This document shows positions 55,106 through 64,000 of a stretch of DNA of 64,000 nt, in pieces; positions within the stretch are counted from its first letter, which is position 1; each line of letters starts with the position of its first letter. The notes below the pieces were generated by a model that was not told where the DNA came from, ran no database searches, and saw only the letters and a list, made by a program, of their open reading frames with translations. The DNA comes from Candidatus Omnitrophota bacterium (GTDB lineage Bacteria; Omnitrophota; Gorgyraeia; Duberdicusellales; 4484-171). The translations under genes were made by a program, and so were the position numbers. The stretch is from the NCBI GenBank assembly GCA_028692655.1, contig JAQUWY010000006.1:728-64727 (forward strand). Direction: 5' to 3'.

Positions 55106-55304
55106 AAAGGCGCGAATGGACGCGAATTGGGAAATGCAGATTATCGCAGAGATATTCGTCATTCGTTGCCCGATTGCGTAACTTGAATCGTGAGCCGTTG
55201 TTTAGTTGCGTCAAAAAAATTTTAGAATAATGACGATTAACGTGCAACCTTTCGGATTAAGCGGCCACTCAACGATTAGCATATAAATTCAAAGGATTGA
55301 CGAC

Positions 55305-56189
55305 ATGGATGTTTATCTGGAAGCGTTTATAGACTATATTAAAATAGAAAAAGGCTTGGCTTACAACTCGCTTTATGCTTATGGCCATGATTTAAATAAA
55401 TATCTGGAGTATTTAAGCGAGAGAGGCATAAAAGACTTAAAAAGTATAAATCGTCAGGTGATCAGTGATTTTTTGTTTTTATCGCGTAAGAACATGGCAC
55501 CTGTCAGTATCTCCCGGATGCTTTCAACCATTAAAAGTTTCCATAAATTTTTGCTTAGAGAAAAGATTTCCGGGACAGACCCTTCGGACCTTATTGAAGC
55601 TCCTAAAATAGAAAAAAAGATACCTTCGTGCTTAAGTTGCGAAGAGGTAAACAATCTTCTGAAGACACCGAGTTTTAAAAAAGCTCAAGGGTTAAGAGAC
55701 AGGACTATCTTAGAACTTATGTATGCTACCGGCCTGAGGGTCTCCGAATTATCAGGGCTTAAGGCTGCAGATATCAATCTTGATGTTGGCTTTATAAAGT
55801 GTAAAGGTAAAGGCTCAAAAGAGAGAATAGTGCCTATAGGTAAGACTGCGGCAAGCTATTTAAGCAAATATAGTTTACAGGCCAGAGGAAAACTTTTGGG
55901 CAAGAAGAGTTCTTTGTATCTGTTTTTAGCCCAAGGAGGCAGGCCGCTTAGCCGCCAGAGCATTTGGAAAATGATCAAAAGTATGGTAAAAAGAGCCGGT
56001 ATCAAAACCGCAGTCAGCCCTCATACTTTAAGGCATTCTTTTGCGACTCATCTTCTTGAAAGGGGAGCAGATTTACGCAGTGTTCAGGAGATGCTCGGCC
56101 ATGCCAGCATCACTACGACTCAGATTTATACTCATGTTAACAAAGTGCGTTTAAAGAAGATTCATAGCCAGTTTCATCCCCGCGCTTAG
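55305..56189 (+). CDS. Tyrosine recombinase XerC/XerD family
   Basis: N-terminal core-binding domain (LEAFIDYIKIEKGLAYNSLYAYGHDLNKYLEYL); catalytic R..HxxR..Y (ATGLRVSEL, HTLRHSFATHLLERGADLRSVQEMLGHASITTTQIYTH). Confidence 0.85.
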   Translation: MDVYLEAFIDYIKIEKGLAYNSLYAYGHDLNKYLEYLSERGIKDLKSINRQVISDFLFLSRKNMAPVSISRMLSTIKSFHKFLLREKISGTDPSDLIEAPKIEKKIPSCLSCEEVNNLLKTPSFKKAQGLRDRTILELMYATGLRVSELSGLKAADINLDVGFIKCKGKGSKERIVPIGKTAASYLSKYSLQARGKLLGKKSSLYLFLAQGGRPLSRQSIWKMIKSMVKRAGIKTAVSPHTLRHSFATHLLERGADLRSVQEMLGHASITTTQIYTHVNKVRLKKIHSQFHPRA

Positions 56190-56267
56190 ACACAGATGGT
56201 TATAGATATGGCAGGCGCAGATGATTGTAGATTATTTTTTTGATTCGTGTAAAATCGTGCGTTTAAG

Positions 56268-57575
56268 ATGAAAAGTAAGTTAGAAAAACTATCACCAGAA
56301 TTTCAAAAAATACTCCAATCAGCCTCAAGCTTGGCTAATTCTTCTGGTTGCAAGATATTTCTTGTTGGCGGAATAGTAAGAGACTTGCTGTTAGGAGGCG
56401 GCGTCTTTGATTTAGATATTGCAGTTGAAGGCGATGCCATAGCCTTTGCCAGCCGATTGGCAGGCCGCTTGAGAAGCAGCTACGCAAAACATCATGCTTT
56501 TGGAACAGCCACAGTTTATTTCAAAAATCATAAAATAGATTTTGCTACGGCTCGAACCGAAATCTATTCTCATTGGGGCGTGCTGCCCAAGGTAAGGCCG
56601 GCAGAACTTTGCGAAGACTTGAAGAGGCGGGATTTTACAATTAACGCGATGGCTATAGGCCTAAACCAGGGTGATTACGGCAAGGTAATTGATTTTTACG
56701 CAGGCCTGTCTGATTTAAATAAAGGTTTACTCAGGGTTTTGCATCAAGAAAGTTTCTTAGAAGACCCTACTCGTATATTAAGGGGTGTCAGGTTTAAGGA
56801 AAGGTTTAGTTTTAAATTTGAGCCTTGCACTCAAGAGTTGCTCAAACAGGCAAGTTCTAAAGAGGTTCTGAATTTAGTAAGTCCCCACAGGCTAAGGGAT
56901 GAGCTTATTTGTATACTTAAAGAACCCGATCCGTTTAAATGCTTAAAGAGCCTGAATAGATTAAAAAGCCTTTACTTTATAGATAAGAAAGTTTTTCTGG
57001 ATAAACAGGCGGCCGTTTTGTTTAAAAGAATTAATTCGGCGGCAGCCTGGTATGATAGAACTTTTAAGAATCACAGAAAGCTTGATAAGGTGACTATATA
57101 TCTGGCTGCGATTTTAATTATCTTAAGCCAAAGAAAAATAGAAAGCCTGTTGTCCAAGTTTGGTTTCAAGAAGGGCGAACGAATAATAGTAACTTCTATA
57201 AAAAAAGGAGTTGGTCTTTTAAGCCAGATAGACAAGAAAAAAGAGCCTTATAGAATTTATGAATATCTAAAAGATTATAGTTTCGAAGCTATATTATTCT
57301 TTTATGCTTATTCCCGAGGAAAACACTTGAGAAAAAATATAGAATATTTTTTCAAAACTCTGGCTTGTATTAGCACAGATACTAAAGGAAGAGATTTGAA
57401 AGATATGAGCCTGGCTCCTTCGGCTTTATACGGTAGAGCTTTGCAAAGTTTGCTGAAGGCGAAAATTAAAAAAGGCTTAAACGGCAAAGAGCAGGAATTA
57501 AAAGAAGTGGAAAAGATCTTTAAACGTTTATACAAAAAGCATATGCCTTGCGGCGGAAACAATCCAAGGGTTTAG
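56268..57575 (+). CDS. Class II nucleotidyltransferase (CCA-adding / CC- or A-adding / poly(A) polymerase family) without HD domain
   Basis: Head/neck motifs LVGGIVRDLLLGG...DLDIAV, RRDFTINAMA, EDPTRILRGVRF; 435 aa, no HD motif in the C-terminal half. Confidence 0.8.
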   Translation: MKSKLEKLSPEFQKILQSASSLANSSGCKIFLVGGIVRDLLLGGGVFDLDIAVEGDAIAFASRLAGRLRSSYAKHHAFGTATVYFKNHKIDFATARTEIYSHWGVLPKVRPAELCEDLKRRDFTINAMAIGLNQGDYGKVIDFYAGLSDLNKGLLRVLHQESFLEDPTRILRGVRFKERFSFKFEPCTQELLKQASSKEVLNLVSPHRLRDELICILKEPDPFKCLKSLNRLKSLYFIDKKVFLDKQAAVLFKRINSAAAWYDRTFKNHRKLDKVTIYLAAILIILSQRKIESLLSKFGFKKGERIIVTSIKKGVGLLSQIDKKKEPYRIYEYLKDYSFEAILFFYAYSRGKHLRKNIEYFFKTLACISTDTKGRDLKDMSLAPSALYGRALQSLLKAKIKKGLNGKEQELKEVEKIFKRLYKKHMPCGGNNPRV

Positions 57576-57716
57576 TCTCTCGGCAAAAATCCCCGGGCTT
57601 TTATCCCGTGGAGGTTTCACTTTTCTTGCATATTGATAATTGAAAGATTTTAGGTTATAATTTCACCCTTCGGGAATATTTGTTTTAGGGACAAAGGCAG
57701 CATTTGGAGGTTAGGA

Positions 57717-58094
57717 ATGAGTATTCGCATGGAAAAAATTGACAGCCAGTTGCGTAAAGAAATCATAAATATTATTCAGGAAGAAGTAGATGATCCGGAT
57801 TTAGATTTTTTGTCTATAACCAGGGTTAAAACAACTTCTGATTTGCAAGAAGCTAAAGTTTATTTTAGCCTTTTAGACGAAACTAAATACCCTAAGGCCG
57901 AACAAGCGCTTAAAAGCATGAAGGGTTTGATCAGGCATAGCCTTGGCAGAAAAGTGAGTTTTAAAACATTGCCGGAGTTAATCTTTATTCCTGATGAATC
58001 TATAAAATACAGTGTTGATATTAATAAGAAAATAGACGAGATTAAAGAATTTTATCAGGACCATGAGAAAAAATCTGTTAAAGAAGATAATTGA
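57717..58094 (+). CDS. rbfA: Ribosome-binding factor A
   Basis: KH-like RbfA: ...RKEIINIIQEEVDDPDL.FLSITRVKTTSDLQEAKVYFS... Confidence 0.9.
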   Translation: MSIRMEKIDSQLRKEIINIIQEEVDDPDLDFLSITRVKTTSDLQEAKVYFSLLDETKYPKAEQALKSMKGLIRHSLGRKVSFKTLPELIFIPDESIKYSVDINKKIDEIKEFYQDHEKKSVKEDN

Positions 58095-59043
58095 TAAAAT
58101 AAACAAGAGCAAGAATTTTATGATTACTGCTCATATGAACCTGGAAGGGGACGCTTTAGGTTCAGAGCTGGCTATGTACCTTTTGCTTAAAAAACTCAAA
58201 AAGAAGGCTGTGATTTATAATAATGACCCTACGCCAGGAATTTATCATTTTCTTCCCTTTAGCCGGGTTATAAAGAATGAGATAAAGCAGGAGAAATTTG
58301 ATGCGGCAATGGTGTTAGATTGTTCTGACTCTTCCCGCACCGGCAAAGTAAAGGATGATTTAGGAAAAGCCGCTTCTATAATAAATATCGATCATCATAT
58401 AAGCAATACTTACTTCGGAGACATTAACTGGGTAGAGCCGGGAGCCGGCTCAGCCGCTCAGATGATTTATCTGCTTTGTGAAAAATTTAAAGTTATGGAT
58501 AAAAATATAGCGCTTTGTCTTTACACCGGAATTTTTACCGATACCGGAAATTTTACCTACGCCAGTACTGATTGGGAAACGCACCGCATAGCTTCTCAGC
58601 TTATGAAATACAATTTACACCCCCATGCTATTTATTGTAATATACATAGCCTTTGTATTCCTTCCGACCTGTGTTTTATAGGCAAAATAATTTCTTCCTT
58701 GAAGTTTGATTCCCGTAAGAGGATTTGCTGGGCTACTATTAATGAATGGAAAGACAAAAATTATGACCTCACCGAAGTCATATTTTCTACAATGAGGCTG
58801 CTAAAGGGCGTTGAAGTTTTTATTTTATTCAAAAAAATAGACAAAAACCGGACTAGAGTTAATTTTCGTTCCTGTTCCCGGGTTGATGTTAACAGAATTG
58901 CTAAATTTTTTGGCGGCGGCGGACATAAAAGAGCCAGCGGGACTACTGTTAACGATAGCCTGGAGATTACCGCCAGAAAAGTCATCTCTTTTACAAAACG
59001 ATACACCGATAATTTAAGCCAGAAAATCAGGCCCCGGATCTAA
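58063..59043 (+). CDS. nrnA: DHH-family oligoribonuclease / pAp phosphatase
   Basis: DHH motifs (ITAHMNLEGDALGS, VLDCSD, INIDHHISN) and DHHA1 GGGGHKRASG. Confidence 0.85.
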   Translation: MRKNLLKKIIDKINKSKNFMITAHMNLEGDALGSELAMYLLLKKLKKKAVIYNNDPTPGIYHFLPFSRVIKNEIKQEKFDAAMVLDCSDSSRTGKVKDDLGKAASIINIDHHISNTYFGDINWVEPGAGSAAQMIYLLCEKFKVMDKNIALCLYTGIFTDTGNFTYASTDWETHRIASQLMKYNLHPHAIYCNIHSLCIPSDLCFIGKIISSLKFDSRKRICWATINEWKDKNYDLTEVIFSTMRLLKGVEVFILFKKIDKNRTRVNFRSCSRVDVNRIAKFFGGGGHKRASGTTVNDSLEITARKVISFTKRYTDNLSQKIRPRI

Positions 59044-59061
59044 GCCGGATAATACCAATTC

Positions 59062-59763
59062 TTGCAGCCGTATTTAGTTAGTATGATATATAACAAATCC
59101 AAAGAAGGAATAATCTTAGTGAACAAACCGAGAGGTATTACCTCGCACGATGTGGTTGATATTGTGCGCCGCCGCCTTGAAATAAAAAGAGTCGGCCATG
59201 CCGGTACGCTTGACCCCCTGGCCCAAGGATTGTTGATTGTGCTTGTTGGCAAATACACTAAGCTATTTCCAAAATTTTCCGGTTTTGACAAGGAGTATTA
59301 CGGAGTTATGAAATTAGGTGAAGTTACGGCTACCGGTGATTCTCAAGGAGAGGTTATCCGCAAGGGTGATTATCGGCAGATTAAAGAAGAAGATATCAAA
59401 AAAGCTTTCGCTTGCTTTCAGGGCCCGATAGAACAGGTTCCTCCCATGGTTAGTGCCTTAAGGGTTAAGGGGAAACGCCTATACAATTTAGCCCGTAAAG
59501 GCATTGTAATTGAAAGGAAACCCAGAAAAATAGAAATCTATTCTTTGAAAATAACAAAAGTCCATCTTCCCTATATTGATTTTCTGGCACATTGTTCTAA
59601 AGGGACATACATAAGGAAACTTGCCGAGGATATTGGAGATAAGCTTTCTTGTGGAGCTCATATGGTTGAGATAGCACGTTTAGGCATAGGGCCCTATAAG
59701 GTTAAAGGCGCTGTGGCTCCAGAGGATATCAATGAAAGTCATCTACAAAAAATTACCCTCTAA
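59062..59763 (+). CDS. truB: tRNA pseudouridine(55) synthase
   Basis: ILVNKPRGITSHDVV, catalytic Asp in GHAGTLDPLAQGLL; 233 aa (no PUA domain). Confidence 0.9.
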   Translation: MQPYLVSMIYNKSKEGIILVNKPRGITSHDVVDIVRRRLEIKRVGHAGTLDPLAQGLLIVLVGKYTKLFPKFSGFDKEYYGVMKLGEVTATGDSQGEVIRKGDYRQIKEEDIKKAFACFQGPIEQVPPMVSALRVKGKRLYNLARKGIVIERKPRKIEIYSLKITKVHLPYIDFLAHCSKGTYIRKLAEDIGDKLSCGAHMVEIARLGIGPYKVKGAVAPEDINESHLQKITL

Positions 59764-60685
59764 ACCTAAAAAGTGCGTAGCGACTATAGGGGTTTTTGAC
59801 GGAATTCACCTTGGACACAAATTTATTCTTGAAAAAGTCATAAGGGAGGCAAAAAAAAGACAAATATTTTCTTTGGCCATAACCTTTGATTGTCTTCCCC
59901 AGCAATTTTTAACCCTGCACCATGCCCGCAATACCTGGAAACCGAGGAAAAAGTTTTTCGGATATATAACTAGCCTGAAGCAAAAAATTTCCCTGATGAA
60001 GTCTCTGAATCCCGACTACCTTTGGTTATTGAAAACTGGCCGGCCATTGTTGGAGCTTACCAGCCGAAAATTCATGGAATATATTTTTAAAAATTTTGAG
60101 ATAAAAATGCTTTTTGTGGGAGAAGACTTTCGTTTTGGCAAATCAGGAAGAGGGGATATAAAAGAATTGAAAACTTTAGCCAAAGAATATGGCTGCAAAC
60201 TTTCAGTTTTAAAAAAGAAAAGGCTTTATAAGCGAAAGATAAGCAGTTCCCGTATAAGGAAGCTTATTAATAAAGGTGAGATTCTTAAAGCTGGAAAAAA
60301 TCTTGGGAGAATTTTTTCTCTTCAAGGAAAAGTCAAGAAAGGTAAAAGTTTTGGGACTAAATTAGGATTTCCTACAGCTAATATCAGAACCTTTAACTAT
60401 GTTATTCCGGCGCAGGGTGTTTATGCTGCTAAAGTTATTTTGGGGACAAGTATTTACCTGGCGGCGGTTAATATAGGCAGAAGCCCTACAATTAAGGAAT
60501 CACTTTGGCCTACGGTCGAAGTCCATATTATCGGCTTTAATAGAAATATTATGGATAAAATTATCGAAGTGGCTTTTCTGGAAAGGCTTCGTCCGGAAAG
60601 AATTTTCTCTTCTATTGCCGAGCTGCAAAAAGCTATTTCAAAAGATATCCGCTTTATAACCTCAAAATATAGTATCTCGAGTTAA
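59732..60685 (+). CDS. ribF: Bifunctional riboflavin kinase / FMN adenylyltransferase
   Basis: ATIGVFDGIHLGHKFIL (FAD synthetase HxGH), C-terminal riboflavin kinase (FPTANI, ...EVHIIGF...). Confidence 0.9.
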   Translation: MKVIYKKLPSKPKKCVATIGVFDGIHLGHKFILEKVIREAKKRQIFSLAITFDCLPQQFLTLHHARNTWKPRKKFFGYITSLKQKISLMKSLNPDYLWLLKTGRPLLELTSRKFMEYIFKNFEIKMLFVGEDFRFGKSGRGDIKELKTLAKEYGCKLSVLKKKRLYKRKISSSRIRKLINKGEILKAGKNLGRIFSLQGKVKKGKSFGTKLGFPTANIRTFNYVIPAQGVYAAKVILGTSIYLAAVNIGRSPTIKESLWPTVEVHIIGFNRNIMDKIIEVAFLERLRPERIFSSIAELQKAISKDIRFITSKYSISS

Positions 60686-60732
60686 GACACCCACAACTTA
60701 TTGATTTCCAACGATTTATTCTTCAAAATGCC

Positions 60733-60798
60733 TTGACAATAAAATAGAATAGTTTTATATTTATATTGTGGCATAAAGTGGAGTGAAGTGGAATGTGG
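60733..60798 (+). promoter_or_regulatory. mraZ promoter (TTGACA-17 bp-TATATT) followed by four 10-bp-phased GTGG direct repeats resembling an MraZ operator
   Basis: TTGACA at 60733-60738 and TATATT at 60756-60761; GTGG at 60768, 60778, 60788 and 60795 (the last overlaps the ATG-TGG start of mraZ). Confidence 0.5.
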
Positions 60799-61230
60799 TA
60801 CGGAGAATATACTCATACAATAGATTCTAAAGACAGGTTTATACTCCCGGCTAAGTTCAGGGAGAAGATCAAGAAGTTTAAATCAAAAAAGTTTTTTATA
60901 ACCCGGGGCTTAGACGGTTGTTTATTTCTTTTTTCCGAAGAAGCCTGGCAGAAGCTGGAAGAGAAGCTCAAAGCACTTTCTTTCACTAAACAGCAATCAA
61001 GGTCTTTCAACCGTCTTTATTTCAGCGGAGCGTCTGAGGTGGAGATTGATTCACAGGGCCGGGTCAGTGTTCCGGAATACTTAAAAGAATTTGGGCAGAT
61101 CAAACGGGAGATTGTTATAGCCGGAATAGCCGACCGTATTGAAATCTGGGATAAAAATCGTTGGGATAAGTTTTATAACGAGAACAAGAAAAAATTTGAA
61201 AGCATGGCTGAAAATTTGTTTGAAACTTAA
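60793..61230 (+). CDS. mraZ: Transcriptional regulator MraZ
   Basis: Two MraZ/SpoVT-AbrB repeats: ...DSKDRFILPAKFRE... and ...DSQGRVSVPEYLKE...; 145 aa. Confidence 0.9.
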   Translation: MWYGEYTHTIDSKDRFILPAKFREKIKKFKSKKFFITRGLDGCLFLFSEEAWQKLEEKLKALSFTKQQSRSFNRLYFSGASEVEIDSQGRVSVPEYLKEFGQIKREIVIAGIADRIEIWDKNRWDKFYNENKKKFESMAENLFET

Positions 61231-61294
61231 TGAACCACGGTAGTGATTTTATTAAAGGCATTGTATATTGTCAAAGATAGCCAAGGGAGAGTAA

Positions 61295-61489
61295 ATGAAG
61301 AGAGTTACAAATAAAACCGGAAAAAACGCGGAACAGAAAAAGCCGCACGGTTTTAACACGAGCGCATCGCTTCTGGCTTTTTCAGGTTTTAATATTTGCA
61401 GTAAGGATTTCAAAGAAGACCCTTTGGATCATTTATATAAACGCAGGCCTATGAAGGGATTTTTTACACCAGGAAAATTGAATGATTAA
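61295..61489 (+). CDS. Hypothetical small basic protein (64 aa) between mraZ and rsmH
   Basis: ORF with a good RBS (AAGGGAGAG 7 nt upstream) but no recognisable motif; overlaps the annotated rsmH start unless rsmH begins at the internal ATG 61512. Confidence 0.25.
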   Translation: MKRVTNKTGKNAEQKKPHGFNTSASLLAFSGFNICSKDFKEDPLDHLYKRRPMKGFFTPGKLND

Positions 61490-62405
61490 TTCAGAGGTTA
61501 AGGTTAATCAAATGCCCAAAGAATATCATTATCCTGTTATGTATCGGGAAGTTTTGGACCTTCTGGAGTTAGCCGGTAAAAGAGTGATTGTCGATTGTAC
61601 AACAGGCGTGGGTTCTCTGGCATATAAAATGATTGAAAAAGCTGACAATGAAGCTTTTTTTATCGGAATAGATAAAGACAAAAATTCCTTGGATATAGCC
61701 TCCAGGAAACTGGAGGAATTTAAAGGCAGATTCGTTTTAATCCAGGAGGATTTTTCTAACTTGGATAAAGTAATGAGCAGCCTAAATTGTAAAGGCGCGG
61801 ATGCTTTTCTGTTTGATCTAGGAATTTCTACTTATCAGCTGAATAATTCTCAGAGGGGATTTAGCTTCTTAAAAGAGGGCCCTTTGGATATGCGTATGGA
61901 CAAAGATTCATTTCTTTCGGCTTACGATTTGGTTAACAACCTGAGCGAAATGGAGCTTGTAAATATTTTTAAGAAATTCGGCGAAGAACGTTATTCCCGG
62001 CGTATCGCCCGGGTCTTAGTGGAAGAAAGAAAGAATGCCCCGATTTCTACAACAACCCAGCTGGCTAGGATAATTATGAGTAGCGTTCCGGCTAAGAGCC
62101 ATTACGCCAGGATTCATCCGGCTACAAGGATATTCCAGTCCTTGCGTATAGCGGTTAACCGGGAGTTGGAATCATTGAAGGATGGCCTGGATAAAGCCAT
62201 AAACCTTCTTAATCCGGGAGCAAGGCTAGGCGTAATATCCTTTCATTCTCTGGAAGACAGGATTGTCAAGCATACCTTTCGGGAAAACAGCCTAAAGGGG
62301 GCAATCAGGATTGTTACCAAGAAACCTCTAGTGCCTAGCGAAGAGGAGAAGCAGGAAAACAATGCGTCTCGTTCGGCAAAGCTAAGAGTTGTAGAAAAGA
62401 AATAA
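61482..62405 (+). CDS. rsmH: 16S rRNA (cytosine1402-N4)-methyltransferase (start possibly at 61512)
   Basis: YHYPVMYREVLDLL, SAM-binding DCTTGVGS..., FDLGISTYQL, GARLGVISFHSLEDRIVK; 307 aa. Confidence 0.9.
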   Translation: MINSEVKVNQMPKEYHYPVMYREVLDLLELAGKRVIVDCTTGVGSLAYKMIEKADNEAFFIGIDKDKNSLDIASRKLEEFKGRFVLIQEDFSNLDKVMSSLNCKGADAFLFDLGISTYQLNNSQRGFSFLKEGPLDMRMDKDSFLSAYDLVNNLSEMELVNIFKKFGEERYSRRIARVLVEERKNAPISTTTQLARIIMSSVPAKSHYARIHPATRIFQSLRIAVNRELESLKDGLDKAINLLNPGARLGVISFHSLEDRIVKHTFRENSLKGAIRIVTKKPLVPSEEEKQENNASRSAKLRVVEKK

Positions 62406-62410
62406 TAAAT

Positions 62411-62773
62411 ATGAAAAAAACACTGGTGTTTATTTTTCCTTTCATTTTATTTATACCAAGCCTTTTGTATTTACATCAGAAAGTTCAGATACATATTGAG
62501 GCCTACCATTTAAGCCACAATTATTTCAGGTATAATGAACTTGTTGATAAGAGAGATTACTTGAGGTATAATTTTTCTAAAGAAGTTTCTCTGGCTAAGG
62601 TTAACCAATGGGCGCAGCTTGAGGATTTTTCTCCGGTCGATAAGGAAAGAGTAGTTGCCTTGGGCCCGAAATCTCAAGGAGTCAGAAAAGAGAAAAAGTT
62701 GGTTTCATTGTTTAACCGCTTCCTAAGAGCCTCAACTTCCACTTCGTCAGCTTTGGCGAAAAATGCAAGATAA
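62411..62773 (+). CDS. FtsL-like small membrane cell-division protein (positional assignment)
   Basis: 120 aa, single N-terminal TM helix (LVFIFPFILFIPSLLYL) then coiled-coil-like region; located between rsmH and ftsI as ftsL is in dcw clusters. Confidence 0.45.
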   Translation: MKKTLVFIFPFILFIPSLLYLHQKVQIHIEAYHLSHNYFRYNELVDKRDYLRYNFSKEVSLAKVNQWAQLEDFSPVDKERVVALGPKSQGVRKEKKLVSLFNRFLRASTSTSSALAKNAR

Positions 62774-62915
62774 AAACCAATTATAACGATTTGCTTCATA
62801 AGCCTAAGCTATACGTCTACATTCACAAGGTTGAAGTTGCTTGCGACAAGTGTGTTACCTTCGATAATATCCGGTAGAGCAGAGAATCGCCGGTGAGTAA
62901 AAAATAGATTTTGGA

Positions 62916-64000
62916 ATGATAAAGCGTGACCGTAGAACAACACTCGTCTATATTGTTTTTGCCTGCCTTTTTATAATAATTTCCTTTAAAATTGTATCTC
63001 TTCAGGTTTTCAGGGGCCAGTTTTTAAAAAAGATGGCTCAGGGCCAGCATTATCGCCTCATACGCCTTGCCGGCAAGAGAGGTAATATTATTGACCGAAA
63101 AGGAAGGGTTTTGGCTACAGATATGCATTATTACTCTGTGTTTGCCGATCCTTTTTTGGTTACGAATCCTTTAGAAACCGCGCGGATTCTTTCTTCTAAA
63201 CTGGATCTCTCTCAAGAGCTTATTTTTAGAAGGCTAAAAAAACAGAAGCGTTTTGTCTGGATAAAAAGAAAAATTTCTCTAGCAGAGAAAGAAAAGGTCG
63301 AAGCCTTGAAAATAGAAGGGGTTGGTTTTCTGAGGGAGCAAAAAAGATTCTATCCTCAGGAAGAACTTGCAGCTTCAGTTATAGGCATAGTGGACATAGA
63401 CGGAAAGGGCCTGGAAGGATTAGAGTTGTTCTATGACGGTTATTTGAGCGGGAAAGAAGGCTGGGCCAGGGTTTTGCGGGATTCTTCTTCCCGGGAGATA
63501 GTGTTTTCTTCTCAAGTTATTACTCCGGCTACCGGGGCAGATATTGTTTTATCTATTGATGCTCAAATCCAATATTGGGTTGAAGAAAGCCTTAAAAAAG
63601 TCAGCCTGGATTTTGACGCCAAAAGAGCCCAGGCGATAGTCATGAATGCCGATAATGGCCAAATCCTGGCAATGGCTAATTATCCGGGGTTTAACTCTAA
63701 CGATATATCCGGTATCTCTTTTGATAATATCAAGAACCGGGCGGTTTGCGATATGTTTGAACCGGGTTCTGTTTTTAAAGTAGTCACCCTTATTGCTGCC
63801 GTTAATGAAAAGGCTTTCAATAATGAAGATGTATTTTTTTGCGAAAACGGTATATTTCGTATACCAGGCACTGTCTTACACGATTGGAAACCGTATGGGG
63901 ACTTGAGCTTTGAAGAAGTTTTTATGAAATCCAGTAATATAGGGGTGGCTAAGATAGTAGCGTCTCTAGGGCCGGAGACTTATCATCGGTATCTTGGCCG
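62916..64000 (+). CDS. ftsI: Peptidoglycan D,D-transpeptidase FtsI (PBP), N-terminal part; runs off window end
   Basis: MIKRDRRTTLVYIVFACLFIIISFKIVSLQVFRGQF... (TM anchor), PBP dimerisation domain, transpeptidase SxxK motif in EPGSVFKVVT. Not in the ORF track because no stop is reached. Confidence 0.85.
   Translation, partial: MIKRDRRTTLVYIVFACLFIIISFKIVSLQVFRGQFLKKMAQGQHYRLIRLAGKRGNIIDRKGRVLATDMHYYSVFADPFLVTNPLETARILSSKLDLSQELIFRRLKKQKRFVWIKRKISLAEKEKVEALKIEGVGFLREQKRFYPQEELAASVIGIVDIDGKGLEGLELFYDGYLSGKEGWARVLRDSSSREIVFSSQVITPATGADIVLSIDAQIQYWVEESLKKVSLDFDAKRAQAIVMNADNGQILAMANYPGFNSNDISGISFDNIKNRAVCDMFEPGSVFKVVTLIAAVNEKAFNNEDVFFCENGIFRIPGTVLHDWKPYGDLSFEEVFMKSSNIGVAKIVASLGPETYHRYLG

Noticed and set aside
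55106-55304. dif-like recombination site near the xer gene
   Set aside because: Only weak resemblance (ATAATG-containing AT-rich stretch), not the 28-bp XerC/D-binding consensus. Not supported.

Overview
The window is a dense, almost entirely co-directional housekeeping region of a low-GC (about 40%) bacterial chromosome. About 64 of 65 called CDS are on the + strand, and I found no rRNA, tRNA, CRISPR array or recognisable transposase or integrase other than a XerC/D-type recombinase. I did not find an obvious novel multi-gene system such as a defense island; the window looks like core genome.

Recognisable blocks, in order:
- rnhB (3' part), a YraN-family endonuclease, a cyclodeaminase-family protein, and folD.
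- An FAD-oxidoreductase-like protein, a CBS-less IMPDH-family protein, and guaA.
- dnaE, HU/IHF, hisS, and a GAD-less aspS.
- A LysM lipoprotein, then phoH, an HD-membrane protein and ybeY, followed by recO, queF and polX.
- An apbE-like gene and panB, then a pur operon: purB, a purS-purL fusion, purQ, a purF-like gene, purM, purD and purE.
- A tsaC–LMW-phosphatase fusion, rpiB and glyA, in the same order as the B. subtilis ywlC-ywlE-rpiB-glyA cluster.
- A dCMP deaminase, nrdR, a BFN-nuclease-domain protein, a CCA enzyme with an HD domain, and a Macro-NUDIX fusion.
- recG, rsmD, coaD, yceD, rpmF, plsX, fabH, fabD, fabG, acpP, fabF, then leuC, leuD, leuB and asd.
- A lone minus-strand secreted protein, truA, a lipoprotein, an MBL hydrolase and a xer recombinase.
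- A second nucleotidyltransferase lacking the HD domain, then rbfA, nrnA, truB and ribF.
- The start of the dcw cluster: mraZ, rsmH, an ftsL-like gene and ftsI (truncated at the window end).

The most unusual sequence-level signals:
1. Two copies of a composite intergenic repeat, upstream of dnaE and upstream of the apbE-like gene. They share a nearly identical ~50-nt core carrying four GAAATA direct repeats at 10–11 bp spacing, followed by phased TTTAGRATTT tracts. The second copy is expanded by a ~230-bp T-poor degenerate tandem array with an ~10-bp unit (GAAAAACTGAAAG-like).
2. A purF homolog, in the expected operon position, whose glutaminase-domain catalytic residues appear substituted (MSGLFGIV instead of MCGIVG).
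3. Several domain fusions or splits: PurS-PurL, TsaC–LMW-PTP, Macro–NUDIX, and CCA/NTase paralogs with and without an HD domain.
4. An mraZ promoter carrying 10-bp-phased GTGG direct repeats that resemble an MraZ operator.

Every functional call is a motif-level recognition from the translated ORFs. No database search was run.
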